A stretch of 14,741 bases of DNA, taken from the IMG/VR virus record IMGVR_UViG_2657245664_000011; one strand, given 5' to 3'. Source of the stretch: a virus (lineage: Duplodnaviria > Heunggongvirae > Uroviricota > Caudoviricetes). This document shows positions 1-7,956 of this stretch, piece by piece (the stretch's first letter is position 1; every line of letters starts with the position of its first letter). A program made the position numbers and the translations under genes. The notes beneath the pieces are model-generated. The model had not been told where the DNA came from, ran no database searches, and saw only the letters and a program-made list of their open reading frames with translations.

Positions 1-1053
1 TTACGGGGTAATGCCAACCGCTGCCGCCACTTTGTCGCCACTTGGCAGCGTTGCCAGAGGATTGAAACGGAGCGCCGTTTCTAGATGATCCGGTGCCAGA
101 TGTGCGTAACGCATAGTCATTTTTATATCGTGGTGTCCGAGAATTTTTTGTAAGGCCAGAATGTTTCCACCCGACATCATGAAGTGCGCCGCAAACGTAT
201 GGCGCAGAACGTGTGTGAGTTGACCGCGAGGGAGCACGATAGACGTTTTTTCCATCACGGATAAAAATTGAAAATAGCAGTCTGTGAAGAAATTGAACCC
301 ATCAAGCGCCATGATCTCTTCGTAAAGCTCTTTACTGATAGGGATGCTTCTGTTTTTCTTCCCCTTCGTTCTGACAAAGGTAATTCGGTATTTGGTCACC
401 TGTGAGCGGGTAAGATTTACGGCTTCACGCCAGCGTGCGCCTGTGCTTAAGCATATCTTAACTACCAGTGCCAGAATTGGGTCCTGACGTTTGCAATCAG
501 CCAGCAATTCAACAATCTGCTCATGGGTAAGCCATGCCATCTCTTTTTCTGCGATGGTGAATTTTCGCATGTTCTCCAGTGGGTTCGGATACGACCATTC
601 GCCCAGACGGGATAGTTCGCTAAAAACACTACTTAGATAGCTTTGCTCCAGGTTAATGGTGACCGGGCTTGCTCCTTTCTTCCATTTCTCGCTGAAGTAG
701 ATCTCGCCTGTCAGGCGTTTATCTCGATAGTGGGCAAACATTTTAGAGGTGAGATCGGTTGCAAGAGGATTGCCCAGAGCGTCAACCATCAACAGCAATT
801 TGTCATAGACATGCTGCCCAGCTGTCAGAGATTTACCATGTAGTTTGAACCATAGCTCAACCACGTCTTTCAGTGTTCGACGATCCACTGATTCACCCAG
901 CCAGGGCTTTGCTTCGGTTTCTTCCATCGTGTGGCGCTCAAAAGCCAGTGCTTCGCCTTTGGTGGCGAATTGTTTACGCACACGACGCCCACTTCGTCCG
1001 GCGGGGTAACATTCGCAAAGCCATTTCCCTGTGGTTAGTTTTCGTACTGCCAT
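1..1053 (-). CDS. int: Tyrosine site-specific integrase, P2/186 family
   Basis: 350-aa ORF whose C-terminal region carries the tyrosine-recombinase signature (LRHTFA ... GHHDIKMTMRYAHL, with the catalytic Tyr). It sits at the prophage end, co-oriented with the repressor. The stop codon is at positions 1-3, so the gene is complete. Confidence 0.9.
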   Translation of the reverse strand: MAVRKLTTGKWLCECYPAGRSGRRVRKQFATKGEALAFERHTMEETEAKPWLGESVDRRTLKDVVELWFKLHGKSLTAGQHVYDKLLLMVDALGNPLATDLTSKMFAHYRDKRLTGEIYFSEKWKKGASPVTINLEQSYLSSVFSELSRLGEWSYPNPLENMRKFTIAEKEMAWLTHEQIVELLADCKRQDPILALVVKICLSTGARWREAVNLTRSQVTKYRITFVRTKGKKNRSIPISKELYEEIMALDGFNFFTDCYFQFLSVMEKTSIVLPRGQLTHVLRHTFAAHFMMSGGNILALQKILGHHDIKMTMRYAHLAPDHLETALRFNPLATLPSGDKVAAAVGITP

Positions 1054-1080
1054 AAAAAGCCCTCATATCAGAGGGCTAAA
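1054..1080 (-). terminator. Hairpin followed by a T-run immediately upstream of the int ATG; candidate intrinsic terminator for the cargo gene and/or an RBS-sequestering structure
   Basis: On the minus strand the sequence reads AGCCCTC-TGATAT-GAGGGCT-TTTTT-ATG (7-bp stem, 6-nt loop, T5). The GAGGG in the 3' arm is also the only plausible Shine-Dalgarno for int. Confidence 0.35.
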
Positions 1081-1135
1081 TTTAACTGTATATGTAACCA
1101 GTAATCAATGTGTGATTACTATGAAACATACATTG

Positions 1136-2812
1136 CTAAGCAACATGTAGTTCATCGTTGGCGGAAGTGGCTGCTTTGCGCTCCTGCTCAATAGCTAGAG
1201 ACTCTCTATATTCTTTCGCCTCTGCAAACATTGTCCAGTGGGCGTTGATGTTCATGTCTTCAATAACTGATTTGATTTCTTTTAAATTTACGTTAAAAAA
1301 CTCTTTTCGTGAGTTAATTTTATTGACCTGCTTTTCGTTGAAAACTTTATGCAGATGGTTTTCTAATGATGGTGCATCATCACTATAAATCATCGCATGA
1401 ACATCGAACGAAAAAGGAACACTAGCATCTCCGAGTTCACGAACACGATCAAGTGGTTCAAGGCGGCGTGTCATTCCAATTTTATATACATCTTCGCCAA
1501 ATGAACCAATATTACTAATGATATAGACGTGGCCTGATCTGGTTTGTTGAGCCATAGAAATAGCTCGTTGATTTTTAGCTTCAGCTTCTTCATATTTTAA
1601 CTGTAGTTCAGCTATTTTTTGCTCTAAAGCTAAGCGTTGTTCTTCATTTGCAAGCATAAGTTCTTTCGTTGCTTTATTTATAGCTTGCTGAATAGCTTTT
1701 TCTTCTTTTTCAGCTTCTTTTATCGCTTTTTCATATTCTCTACGAGCTCTTTCCTCTTCACGAAGCTGTTCTTTAATCCTTCTTTGCTCTTCTTTTTCTT
1801 CGAGCATAATTTCATTAACTGCTACACCCCATTTTAGCTCGTTGAGTCTTGCCTGAAGATAGATGTCACTTATTTTTGCGGACCTAAAGGCAGAGCCATT
1901 GTAATTTACTAGTTGAAATGCATCTTTTATTTCTTGGGAAAGTTTTCCAAAATTGTTGTGTTTGACTTTTGATAAAATACTGTCAACTCTTCCATTGAAG
2001 GCATCCAAAACAAAGTTTATGGCAGTATTACGCCTGTTTTGCTCAACATAATCACACGAAGCAGCTTTATTAGTTTTTATTAATGATTTGGTTAACTCTC
2101 TGGCTTTTTGTAATTCCTTGCCTGCATCTGTAAATTCATAATTTTCTGCCAGCTCATCAAGTACACTACGGTTAGGGATGATCCATTCATCACCATAACC
2201 TTCAATTTTATTTTTCATTGATTTTGCAACTGCTTCATATTTTTCTGCAAACTCTTTAGCTTCATATGCTGAACCAGCAATCTCCTTTGCTCTTTCTTCT
2301 GCATCAGAAATAATTTTTACTGCATTGTCATTAGCATTTGAGATTAGCTCATTTGCTTTATTATTAGCATTATCAAGACGTTCTTTGGCTTTCAGGCGTG
2401 CATCGCGAGCGTCTTTGGTGATTGCTATAGCTTCGCTATTAGCGTTGCTTATTGTCATCTGAGCTTGATAATTTGCTTCGTTTACTGTTTTAGCCGCCTT
2501 AATTTGGGCTTCATCTATTTTTTGCTTGGCTATTGAGTCCGCATTTTTTATCTTATTCTCTGCATCCATTACTGCGCTGTGCAATTCTTCGTATTGCCAC
2601 AATGGTGCTGCTCGCCCTTCAAGCTCTGATAATTCTCGTACGGTCTGTGCTAGTTTTTCTTGATTTTCAATCAGTTGGTTAGAAAGGGCTATGTTGTTAG
2701 CTGTCAGGTTATCTATAGCCGCTTTGTGTTTTTTACTTTGTTTAAATAATATTACAGCTAGAACAGGGGCGAGAAATGCTAATAAGAGTATAACGATGGC
2801 AAATGAATTCAT
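1136..2812 (-). CDS. Prophage cargo protein: N-terminal transmembrane anchor, long coiled coils, a central DUF4041-like region and a C-terminal T5orf172/GIY-YIG-like domain; candidate defense or exclusion factor
   Basis: 558-aa ORF with an AAGGA ribosome-binding site 7 nt upstream of the ATG. The N-terminus (FAIVILLLAFLAPVLAVILF) is a hydrophobic helix. Long K/E/A/N-rich heptad-like stretches follow. The C-terminus (GHVYIISNIGSFGEDVYKIGMTRRLEPLDRVRELGDASVPFSFDVHAMIYSDDAPSLENHLHKVFNEKQVNKINSRKEFFNVNLKEIKSVIE) matches the T5orf172 pattern as I recall it. The gene is visibly more AT-rich than the flanking phage genes. Confidence 0.8.
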   Translation of the reverse strand: MNSFAIVILLLAFLAPVLAVILFKQSKKHKAAIDNLTANNIALSNQLIENQEKLAQTVRELSELEGRAAPLWQYEELHSAVMDAENKIKNADSIAKQKIDEAQIKAAKTVNEANYQAQMTISNANSEAIAITKDARDARLKAKERLDNANNKANELISNANDNAVKIISDAEERAKEIAGSAYEAKEFAEKYEAVAKSMKNKIEGYGDEWIIPNRSVLDELAENYEFTDAGKELQKARELTKSLIKTNKAASCDYVEQNRRNTAINFVLDAFNGRVDSILSKVKHNNFGKLSQEIKDAFQLVNYNGSAFRSAKISDIYLQARLNELKWGVAVNEIMLEEKEEQRRIKEQLREEERARREYEKAIKEAEKEEKAIQQAINKATKELMLANEEQRLALEQKIAELQLKYEEAEAKNQRAISMAQQTRSGHVYIISNIGSFGEDVYKIGMTRRLEPLDRVRELGDASVPFSFDVHAMIYSDDAPSLENHLHKVFNEKQVNKINSRKEFFNVNLKEIKSVIEDMNINAHWTMFAEAKEYRESLAIEQERKAATSANDELHVA

Positions 2813-2832
2813 TTTAAAATCCTTTTACTATA

Positions 2833-3429
2833 TTAATTCGAGACTATTGTACTTCTTATACAAGCAACCACTTCAATATCAGAAAATGCACATTCAAAGC
2901 TATTCTCTGCTGTTGTAATTTTAATCATTCCTTTAGGAAGCCTTGTGATTTTTCGAATGGAATAGGTTCCGTCGATATTGATTAACCAGTTTCCATCAAG
3001 TACTTCAGAAAATTTTTGATCACAAATGTATGTGACGAGTCCATCCTGAACAACAATTGGTGATGAAAGGTTTGCAGGAAGAAATGATGAATCGAAGACA
3101 TATGAACCGTCTTCAATCATTTTGCCTGCGGCAAGGCGAAACTTAACAAGCTCTTCTGTAGCTGCTGTCAGCGAGCTTTGCTTAAGGCCTTGTCCGGTAG
3201 TTAACCATTTGAGGGAGGTTCCTGTTTCAAGAGCACATTGGATTATCCAGTCAGCAGGAAATGTATCCCGCAAATACCTGTTCGCTAGTGTGCTTTTTGA
3301 TACTTCCAAGTGATCAGCTAAAGCCTGTCGTGTCGTAAAGCCATAGGCTTCGACTAATCGCTCAATCGCAGCCTTACCACCTTTATTGGGATTTATTTTG
3401 ATCTCACTTGGGTACTTTGATGTTGACAT
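2833..3429 (-). CDS. cI: CI-like immunity repressor (phage 186 CI type, N-terminal HTH plus C-terminal oligomerisation domain)
   Basis: 198-aa ORF divergent from apl/cII. The N-terminal pattern EAYGFTTRQALADHL...LANRYLR...CALETG..LKWLTTGQG is the 186 CI-type HTH as I recall it. Position and length are close to 186 CI. Confidence 0.8.
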   Translation of the reverse strand: MSTSKYPSEIKINPNKGGKAAIERLVEAYGFTTRQALADHLEVSKSTLANRYLRDTFPADWIIQCALETGTSLKWLTTGQGLKQSSLTAATEELVKFRLAAGKMIEDGSYVFDSSFLPANLSSPIVVQDGLVTYICDQKFSEVLDGNWLINIDGTYSIRKITRLPKGMIKITTAENSFECAFSDIEVVACIRSTIVSN

Positions 3430-3451
3430 ATCTCTTTTGCGATCCTAGTAT
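3423..3451 (+). promoter_or_regulatory. Candidate early lytic promoter pR (sigma70)
   Basis: TTGACA at 3423-3428, a 17-bp spacer, then TAGTAT at 3446-3451. It faces apl/cII and overlaps the cI start codon, consistent with a 186-type switch. Confidence 0.55.
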
Positions 3452-3458
3452 CAGTTTT

Positions 3459-3474
3459 GTACCCAATTGGGTAC
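3459..3474. promoter_or_regulatory. Perfect 16-bp palindrome GTACCCAATTGGGTAC at the predicted pR start; candidate operator for CI or Apl
   Basis: Exact dyad symmetry read directly from the sequence. A TTGGGTAC half-site recurs at 3408-3415. Confidence 0.45.
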
Positions 3475-3524
3475 TTGTCACGATTACTACAGGCTCACCA
3501 CAAGCCAATAGGAGATGTTGCATC

Positions 3525-3746
3525 ATGACCCCTAACATTTCAATAACTCTGAATACGCCACACGTCACAATCGAGCGTTATAGCGAACTTACTGGTCTTT
3601 CAATCGACACAATCAACGATATGTTGGCGGATGGTCGCATTCCTCGGCATCGTCTTCGTAAAGACAAGAAAAGAGAAAAGGTAATGATCAACCTTGCTGC
3701 TCTTACCGTTGATGCACTTACTGATTGCAATGTTGTATTCAACTAG
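3525..3746 (+). CDS. apl: Apl/Cox-like excisionase and transcriptional regulator
   Basis: 73-aa ORF that is the first gene rightward of the switch. A small basic protein with an HTH-like segment ([29 protein letters not shown]). The ATG at 3525 is preferred over the upstream TTG of the ORF track because that extension would run through the promoter and into cI. Confidence 0.7.
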   Translation: MTPNISITLNTPHVTIERYSELTGLSIDTINDMLADGRIPRHRLRKDKKREKVMINLAALTVDALTDCNVVFN

Positions 3747-3778
3747 TTCCATTTTGGGATACATCAGAGGTGTCGACC

Positions 3779-4288
3779 ATGTTTGATTACCAAGTTTCCA
3801 AACATCCACATTTTGATGAAGCCTGTCGTGCATTCGCACTGCGCCACAATCTGGTGCAACTGGCAGAACGTGCGGGCATGAATGTGCAGATTCTGCGGAA
3901 CAAGCTGAACCCAGCTCAACCTCATTTATTAACCGCACCAGAAATCTGGCTGCTTACCGATCTGACTGAAGATTCAACGTTGGTAGATGGTTTTCTGGCA
4001 CAGATTCATTGTCTGCCATGTGTACCGATTAATGAGGTAGCAAAAGAGAAACTGCCGCATTACGTCATGAGCGCAACTGCAGAGATCGGGCGTGTTGCAG
4101 CAGGTGCGGTATCTGGTGATGTAAAAACTAGTGCCGGTCGTCGTGATGCTATCAGCAGCATTAACTCTGTAACACGACTGATGGCTCTGGCTGCTGTTTC
4201 ATTGCAAGCCCGTTTACAGGCTAATCCTGCGATGGCGAGTGCAGTTGATACCATGACTGGCCTTGGTGCTTCATTCGGTTTGCTGTGA
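3779..4288 (+). CDS. cII: CII-like activator of lysogeny establishment (186 CII type)
   Basis: ATG at 3779 with an AGAGG ribosome-binding site 8 nt upstream gives a 169-aa product starting [21 protein letters not shown], which closely resembles 186 CII as I recall it and matches its length. Confidence 0.8.
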   Translation: MFDYQVSKHPHFDEACRAFALRHNLVQLAERAGMNVQILRNKLNPAQPHLLTAPEIWLLTDLTEDSTLVDGFLAQIHCLPCVPINEVAKEKLPHYVMSATAEIGRVAAGAVSGDVKTSAGRRDAISSINSVTRLMALAAVSLQARLQANPAMASAVDTMTGLGASFGLL

Positions 4289-4295
4289 GGTGTTT

Positions 4296-4592
4296 ATGCT
4301 GACGAAAGAACCATCATTTGCATCGCTGCTGGTAAAACAAAGCCCGGCAATGCACTACGGTCACGGCTGGATCACGGGTGAGGATGGAAAACGCTGGCAT
4401 CCATGTCATTCACAAGATGAATTGCTGTCTGAATTGACCACGAGGAAACGGAGAAAGTCCAAATGTATGCGGCAGAAAGTGAAGTGGTTTATCAGTTTCG
4501 TTACAGAGGGGAGAGTTATTCAGTACCTGAAGGTGATTTGCTCTGTTGCTATCCGTCATTGTCGGGCGATGGCAGTTACTTTTTCACGTTAA
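4296..4592 (+). CDS. Hypothetical early protein in the fil/dhr position
   Basis: ATG at 4296 with a GAGG ribosome-binding site. The N-terminal half looks protein-like, while the Cys/Arg-rich C-terminal third overlaps the next ORF and may not be translated as drawn. Confidence 0.4.
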   Translation: MLTKEPSFASLLVKQSPAMHYGHGWITGEDGKRWHPCHSQDELLSELTTRKRRKSKCMRQKVKWFISFVTEGRVIQYLKVICSVAIRHCRAMAVTFSR

Positions 4593-4687
4593 AGGATGGG
4601 ACGTTTTTACGGGGAGAGCAGGTTAAAGAGACGATACGAAAAAATGTATCTCCTCTTGAGCGTTACCGTAAGAACAAAGAACGATAG
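4463..4687 (+). CDS. Hypothetical early protein
   Basis: 74-aa ORF with a GGAG ribosome-binding site and natural-looking composition. It overlaps the preceding ORF by about 130 nt in another frame. Confidence 0.5.
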   Translation: MYAAESEVVYQFRYRGESYSVPEGDLLCCYPSLSGDGSYFFTLKDGTFLRGEQVKETIRKNVSPLERYRKNKER

Positions 4688-4709
4688 CTGCGTTTGGGGG
4701 ATATGAAGT

Positions 4710-5051
4710 ATGGCAATTAATGGCGCTGCAGCAACTGTTCCATTAAGCCCCGGTGAACGCCTGAATGGACTTAATCACATTGCGGAGTTAAGGGCGAAAG
4801 TTTTTGGCCTGAATATTGAGTCAGAGCTTGAGCGGTTTATTAAAGATATGCGTGATCCACGGGATATCAATAATGAACAAAATAAACGGGCACTGGCTGC
4901 CATATTCTTTATGGCAAAAATTCCAGCTGAACGTCATAGCATCAGCATTAATGAGCTGACCACTGACGAAAAGCGGGAGCTGATTAAAGCAATGAATCAT
5001 TTTCGTGCAGTGGTGAGCTTATTTCCCAGACGGCTAACCATGCCGAATTAA
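4710..5051 (+). CDS. Hypothetical early protein
   Basis: 113-aa ORF co-oriented in the early operon with a G-rich ribosome-binding site upstream. Confidence 0.55.
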   Translation: MAINGAAATVPLSPGERLNGLNHIAELRAKVFGLNIESELERFIKDMRDPRDINNEQNKRALAAIFFMAKIPAERHSISINELTTDEKRELIKAMNHFRAVVSLFPRRLTMPN

Positions 5052-5118
5052 CCAACTAATGAAATTAATGGCGTAAACCCGCCGGGCATCCCTTTATCTA
5101 AATTCAGGAGAATTGATT

Positions 5119-5352
5119 ATGCGTAATATTGAAACCCTCACGACTAAAACCGGACCGGATGACGCAGGGCTTAATATTTTACTGACAGAGGCTCGTCTGG
5201 AAGAACGCCGGGCAAGGGCTGAAGCAATGGCTGCTCGCCTTGATAGCCTGGCGTGTCATATCTCATCCCGCCAGCTAAACCACGTGGAAGCGGCAGAACT
5301 GCTGCGCGTGACTGCTGAAGCAATCCAGAACGAAGCGCAGGAGATCCACTAA
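5119..5352 (+). CDS. Hypothetical early protein
   Basis: AGGAG ribosome-binding site 8 nt upstream of the ATG at 5119. Its stop overlaps the next start (TAATG), suggesting translational coupling. Confidence 0.5.
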   Translation: MRNIETLTTKTGPDDAGLNILLTEARLEERRARAEAMAARLDSLACHISSRQLNHVEAAELLRVTAEAIQNEAQEIH

Positions 5353-5579
5353 TGGCTGATGCAATGGATCTCGTACAGCAGCGCGTTGAAGAAGAACGCC
5401 AGCGCCATATCCGTGCAGCCCGTGCCAAATCACCGGGCGTGTCACGCGTACTTTGCATTGAATGTGAAGCGCCAATTCCGCCAGCACGACGCCGCGCCAT
5501 TCCGGGAGTGCAGCTTTGCATTACCTGTCAGGAAATCGCAGAACTGAAAGGCAAACATTACAACGGAGGTGCTGTATGA
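5352..5579 (+). CDS. TraR/DksA-family C4 zinc-finger protein
   Basis: 75-aa ORF with CIECEAPIP...CITCQ, two CxxC pairs at the spacing typical of phage TraR-like proteins. Confidence 0.7.
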   Translation: MADAMDLVQQRVEEERQRHIRAARAKSPGVSRVLCIECEAPIPPARRRAIPGVQLCITCQEIAELKGKHYNGGAV

Positions 5580-6433
5580 GCACCATCCTGAAATGGGCGG
5601 GAAATAAAACCGCCATTATGCCAGAACTGAAAAAATACCTTCCTGCTGGCCCGCGACTGGTTGAACCTTTCGCGGGTTCCTGTGCTGTGATGATGGAAAC
5701 GGATTATCCCAGCTATCTGGTTGCGGATATTAATCCTGATTTAATCAACCTCTATAAAAAGGTTGCCGCTGATTGTGAATCGTTTATATCTCGCGCCAGA
5801 GTTTTATTTGAGATCGCAAACAGGGAGGTGGCTTATTACAACATAAGGCAGGAGTTTAACTGCTCAACTGAAATTACTGATTTCATGAAAGCGGTATATT
5901 TCCTGTATCTCAATCGTCACGGTTACCGTGGTTTATGTCGCTATAACAAGAGCGGGCATTTCAACATTCCCTACGGTAATTATAAAAATCCGTATTTCCC
6001 TGAAAAAGAACTTCGCACATTTGCAGAAAAAGCCCAGCGAGCAACGTTTATCTGCGCCAGCTTTGATGAAACGCTGGCGATGTTGAAGGCGGGAGATGTG
6101 GTGTATTGCGATCCGCCATATGACGGTACGTTTTCCGGCTATCACACTGATGGTTTCACTGAAGATGACCAGTATCACCTGGCATCCGTTCTTGAACATC
6201 GGTCATCAGAAGGACATCCGGTCATTGTTTCTAACAGTGACACATCCCTGATCCGTTCGCTGTATCGCAATTTTACTCACCACTATATCAAGGTAAAACG
6301 CAGCATCGGTGTGGCAGCTGGCGAGGGTAAATCAGCAACAGAAATCATTGCTGTTTCCGGGCCGCGCTGCTGGATGGGATTTGATTATTCGCGTGGCGTG
6401 GATAGTTCTGCCGTGTACGGAGTACGTGCATGA
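5576..6433 (+). CDS. dam: Dam-family N6-adenine DNA methyltransferase (orphan, phage-encoded)
   Basis: ATG at 5576 with a GGAGG ribosome-binding site. Carries ILKWAGNK, an AdoMet-binding motif (EPFAGSCAV) and the catalytic DPPY. Start and stop overlap the neighbours as ATGA, so it is translationally coupled between the TraR-like gene and gene A. Confidence 0.85.
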   Translation: MSTILKWAGNKTAIMPELKKYLPAGPRLVEPFAGSCAVMMETDYPSYLVADINPDLINLYKKVAADCESFISRARVLFEIANREVAYYNIRQEFNCSTEITDFMKAVYFLYLNRHGYRGLCRYNKSGHFNIPYGNYKNPYFPEKELRTFAEKAQRATFICASFDETLAMLKAGDVVYCDPPYDGTFSGYHTDGFTEDDQYHLASVLEHRSSEGHPVIVSNSDTSLIRSLYRNFTHHYIKVKRSIGVAAGEGKSATEIIAVSGPRCWMGFDYSRGVDSSAVYGVRA

Positions 6434-7956
6434 GTCATGCCGATATGAACAACTGCTGCGGCTTTAACGAGGCTGCCGCAGCATTCTCATGGAACAGCCC
6501 GAAAAAGGCCATTAACCCTTATCTGGACCCGGCGGAAGTTGCGCCGGTTTCTACGCTTTCAAACCTGATCACTCTGTACGCTGCCGATAACGAGCAGGAA
6601 CAGTTGCGCCGCGAGGCACTGAGTGATCAGGTCTGGGAGCGTTATTTCTTTAATGAATCACGTGATCCTGTCCAGCGCGAAATGGAGCAGGATAAGCTCA
6701 TTAGCCGGGCAAAGCTGGCGCATGAGCAGCAGCGTTTTAATTCAGACATGGTCATTCTGGCGGACGTCAACGCCCAGCCTTCCCATATCAGCAAGCCGCT
6801 GATGCAACGTATTGAATACTTCAGCAGCCTGGGCAGGCCAAAGGCTTATTCCCGCTATTTACGTGAGACGATTAAGCCATGTCTGGAACGACTGGAGCAT
6901 GTACGCGACAGTCAGCTATCTGCATCTTTTCGCTTTATGGCAAGCCATGAAGGGCTGGACGGCCTGCTGATCCTGCCTGAAATGAGTCAGGATCAGGTGA
7001 AACGCCTGTCCACCTTGGTAGCTGCGCATATGAGTATGTGCCTTGATGCAGCTTGTGGTGATTTGTATGCCACCGATGACGTTAAGCCAGAAGAAATCCG
7101 CAAGACATGGGAAAAGGTGGCAGCGGAAACCCTGCGTCTGGATGTCATCCCACCTGCGTTTGAGCAACTCCGTCGGAAAAGAAACCGCCGTAAACCCGTG
7201 CCGTATGAACTCATTCCGGGTTCGCTGGCGCGTATGTTGTGCGCCGACTGGTGGTATCGGAAATTATGGAAGATGCGTTGCGAATGGCGGGAAGAGCAGT
7301 TGCGCGCTGTTTGCCTGGTCAGCAAAAAAGCATCTCCTTATGTCAGCTATGAAGCCGTGATGCATAAACGTGAGCAGCGCCGTAAGTCGCTGGAGTTTTT
7401 CCGTTCTCATGAACTGGTGAACGAAGACGGCGACACGCTGGACATGGAGGATGTGGTAAACGCCAGCAGCAGCAACCCTGCGCATCGCCGCAATGAGATG
7501 ATGGCCTGTGTTAAAGGTCTGGAGCTTATCGCGGAAATGCGCGGTGACTGCGCCGTTTTCTACACTATCACCTGTCCGTCGCGTTTCCATTCCACGCTAA
7601 ATAACGGCAGACCAAACCCGACCTGGACAAACGCGACGGTAAGACAAAGCAGCGATTATCTGGTCGGCATGTTTGCTGCATTTCGTAAGGCGATGCACAA
7701 AGCCGGGTTGCGCTGGTATGGCGTGCGGGTGGCTGAGCCGCATCATGATGGCACAGTTCACTGGCACCTGTTGTGTTTCATGCGCAAAAAAGACCGCCGT
7801 GCCATCACTGCATTACTGCGTAAGTTTGCCATCCGTGAAGACCGCGAGGAGCTGGGCAATAACACTGGGCCGCGCTTTAAGTCTGAGTTGATTAAGCACT
7901 GTGTGTCAGGCTGGATGGCGTGGAAAAATAGGTTTGTCGCCATTTTTTGTGAATAG
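6430..7956 (+). pseudogene. A: Replication initiation endonuclease gpA (rolling-circle HUH type), C-terminally truncated
   Basis: 508-aa ORF containing the HUH motif (TVHWHLLCF). It ends in a short atypical tail that overlaps the inverted terminase fragment. P2/186 A proteins are about 700-760 aa, so the C-terminal part is missing. Confidence 0.75.

Noticed and set aside
1400-2600. Low-complexity Asn/Ala/Lys/Glu-rich repeats in the cargo gene as a possible tandem DNA repeat or variable-number repeat
   Set aside because: The periodicity is at the amino-acid (heptad) level. The nucleotide sequence is not an exact tandem repeat, so this is a coiled-coil coding segment rather than a DNA repeat element.
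3408-3524. Upstream extension of the apl ORF to a TTG at 3408, and likewise of dam to 5516 and cII to 3725
   Set aside because: The extensions run through the promoter or into the preceding gene. Internal ATGs with proper Shine-Dalgarno spacing (3525, 5576, 3779) give products of the expected size.
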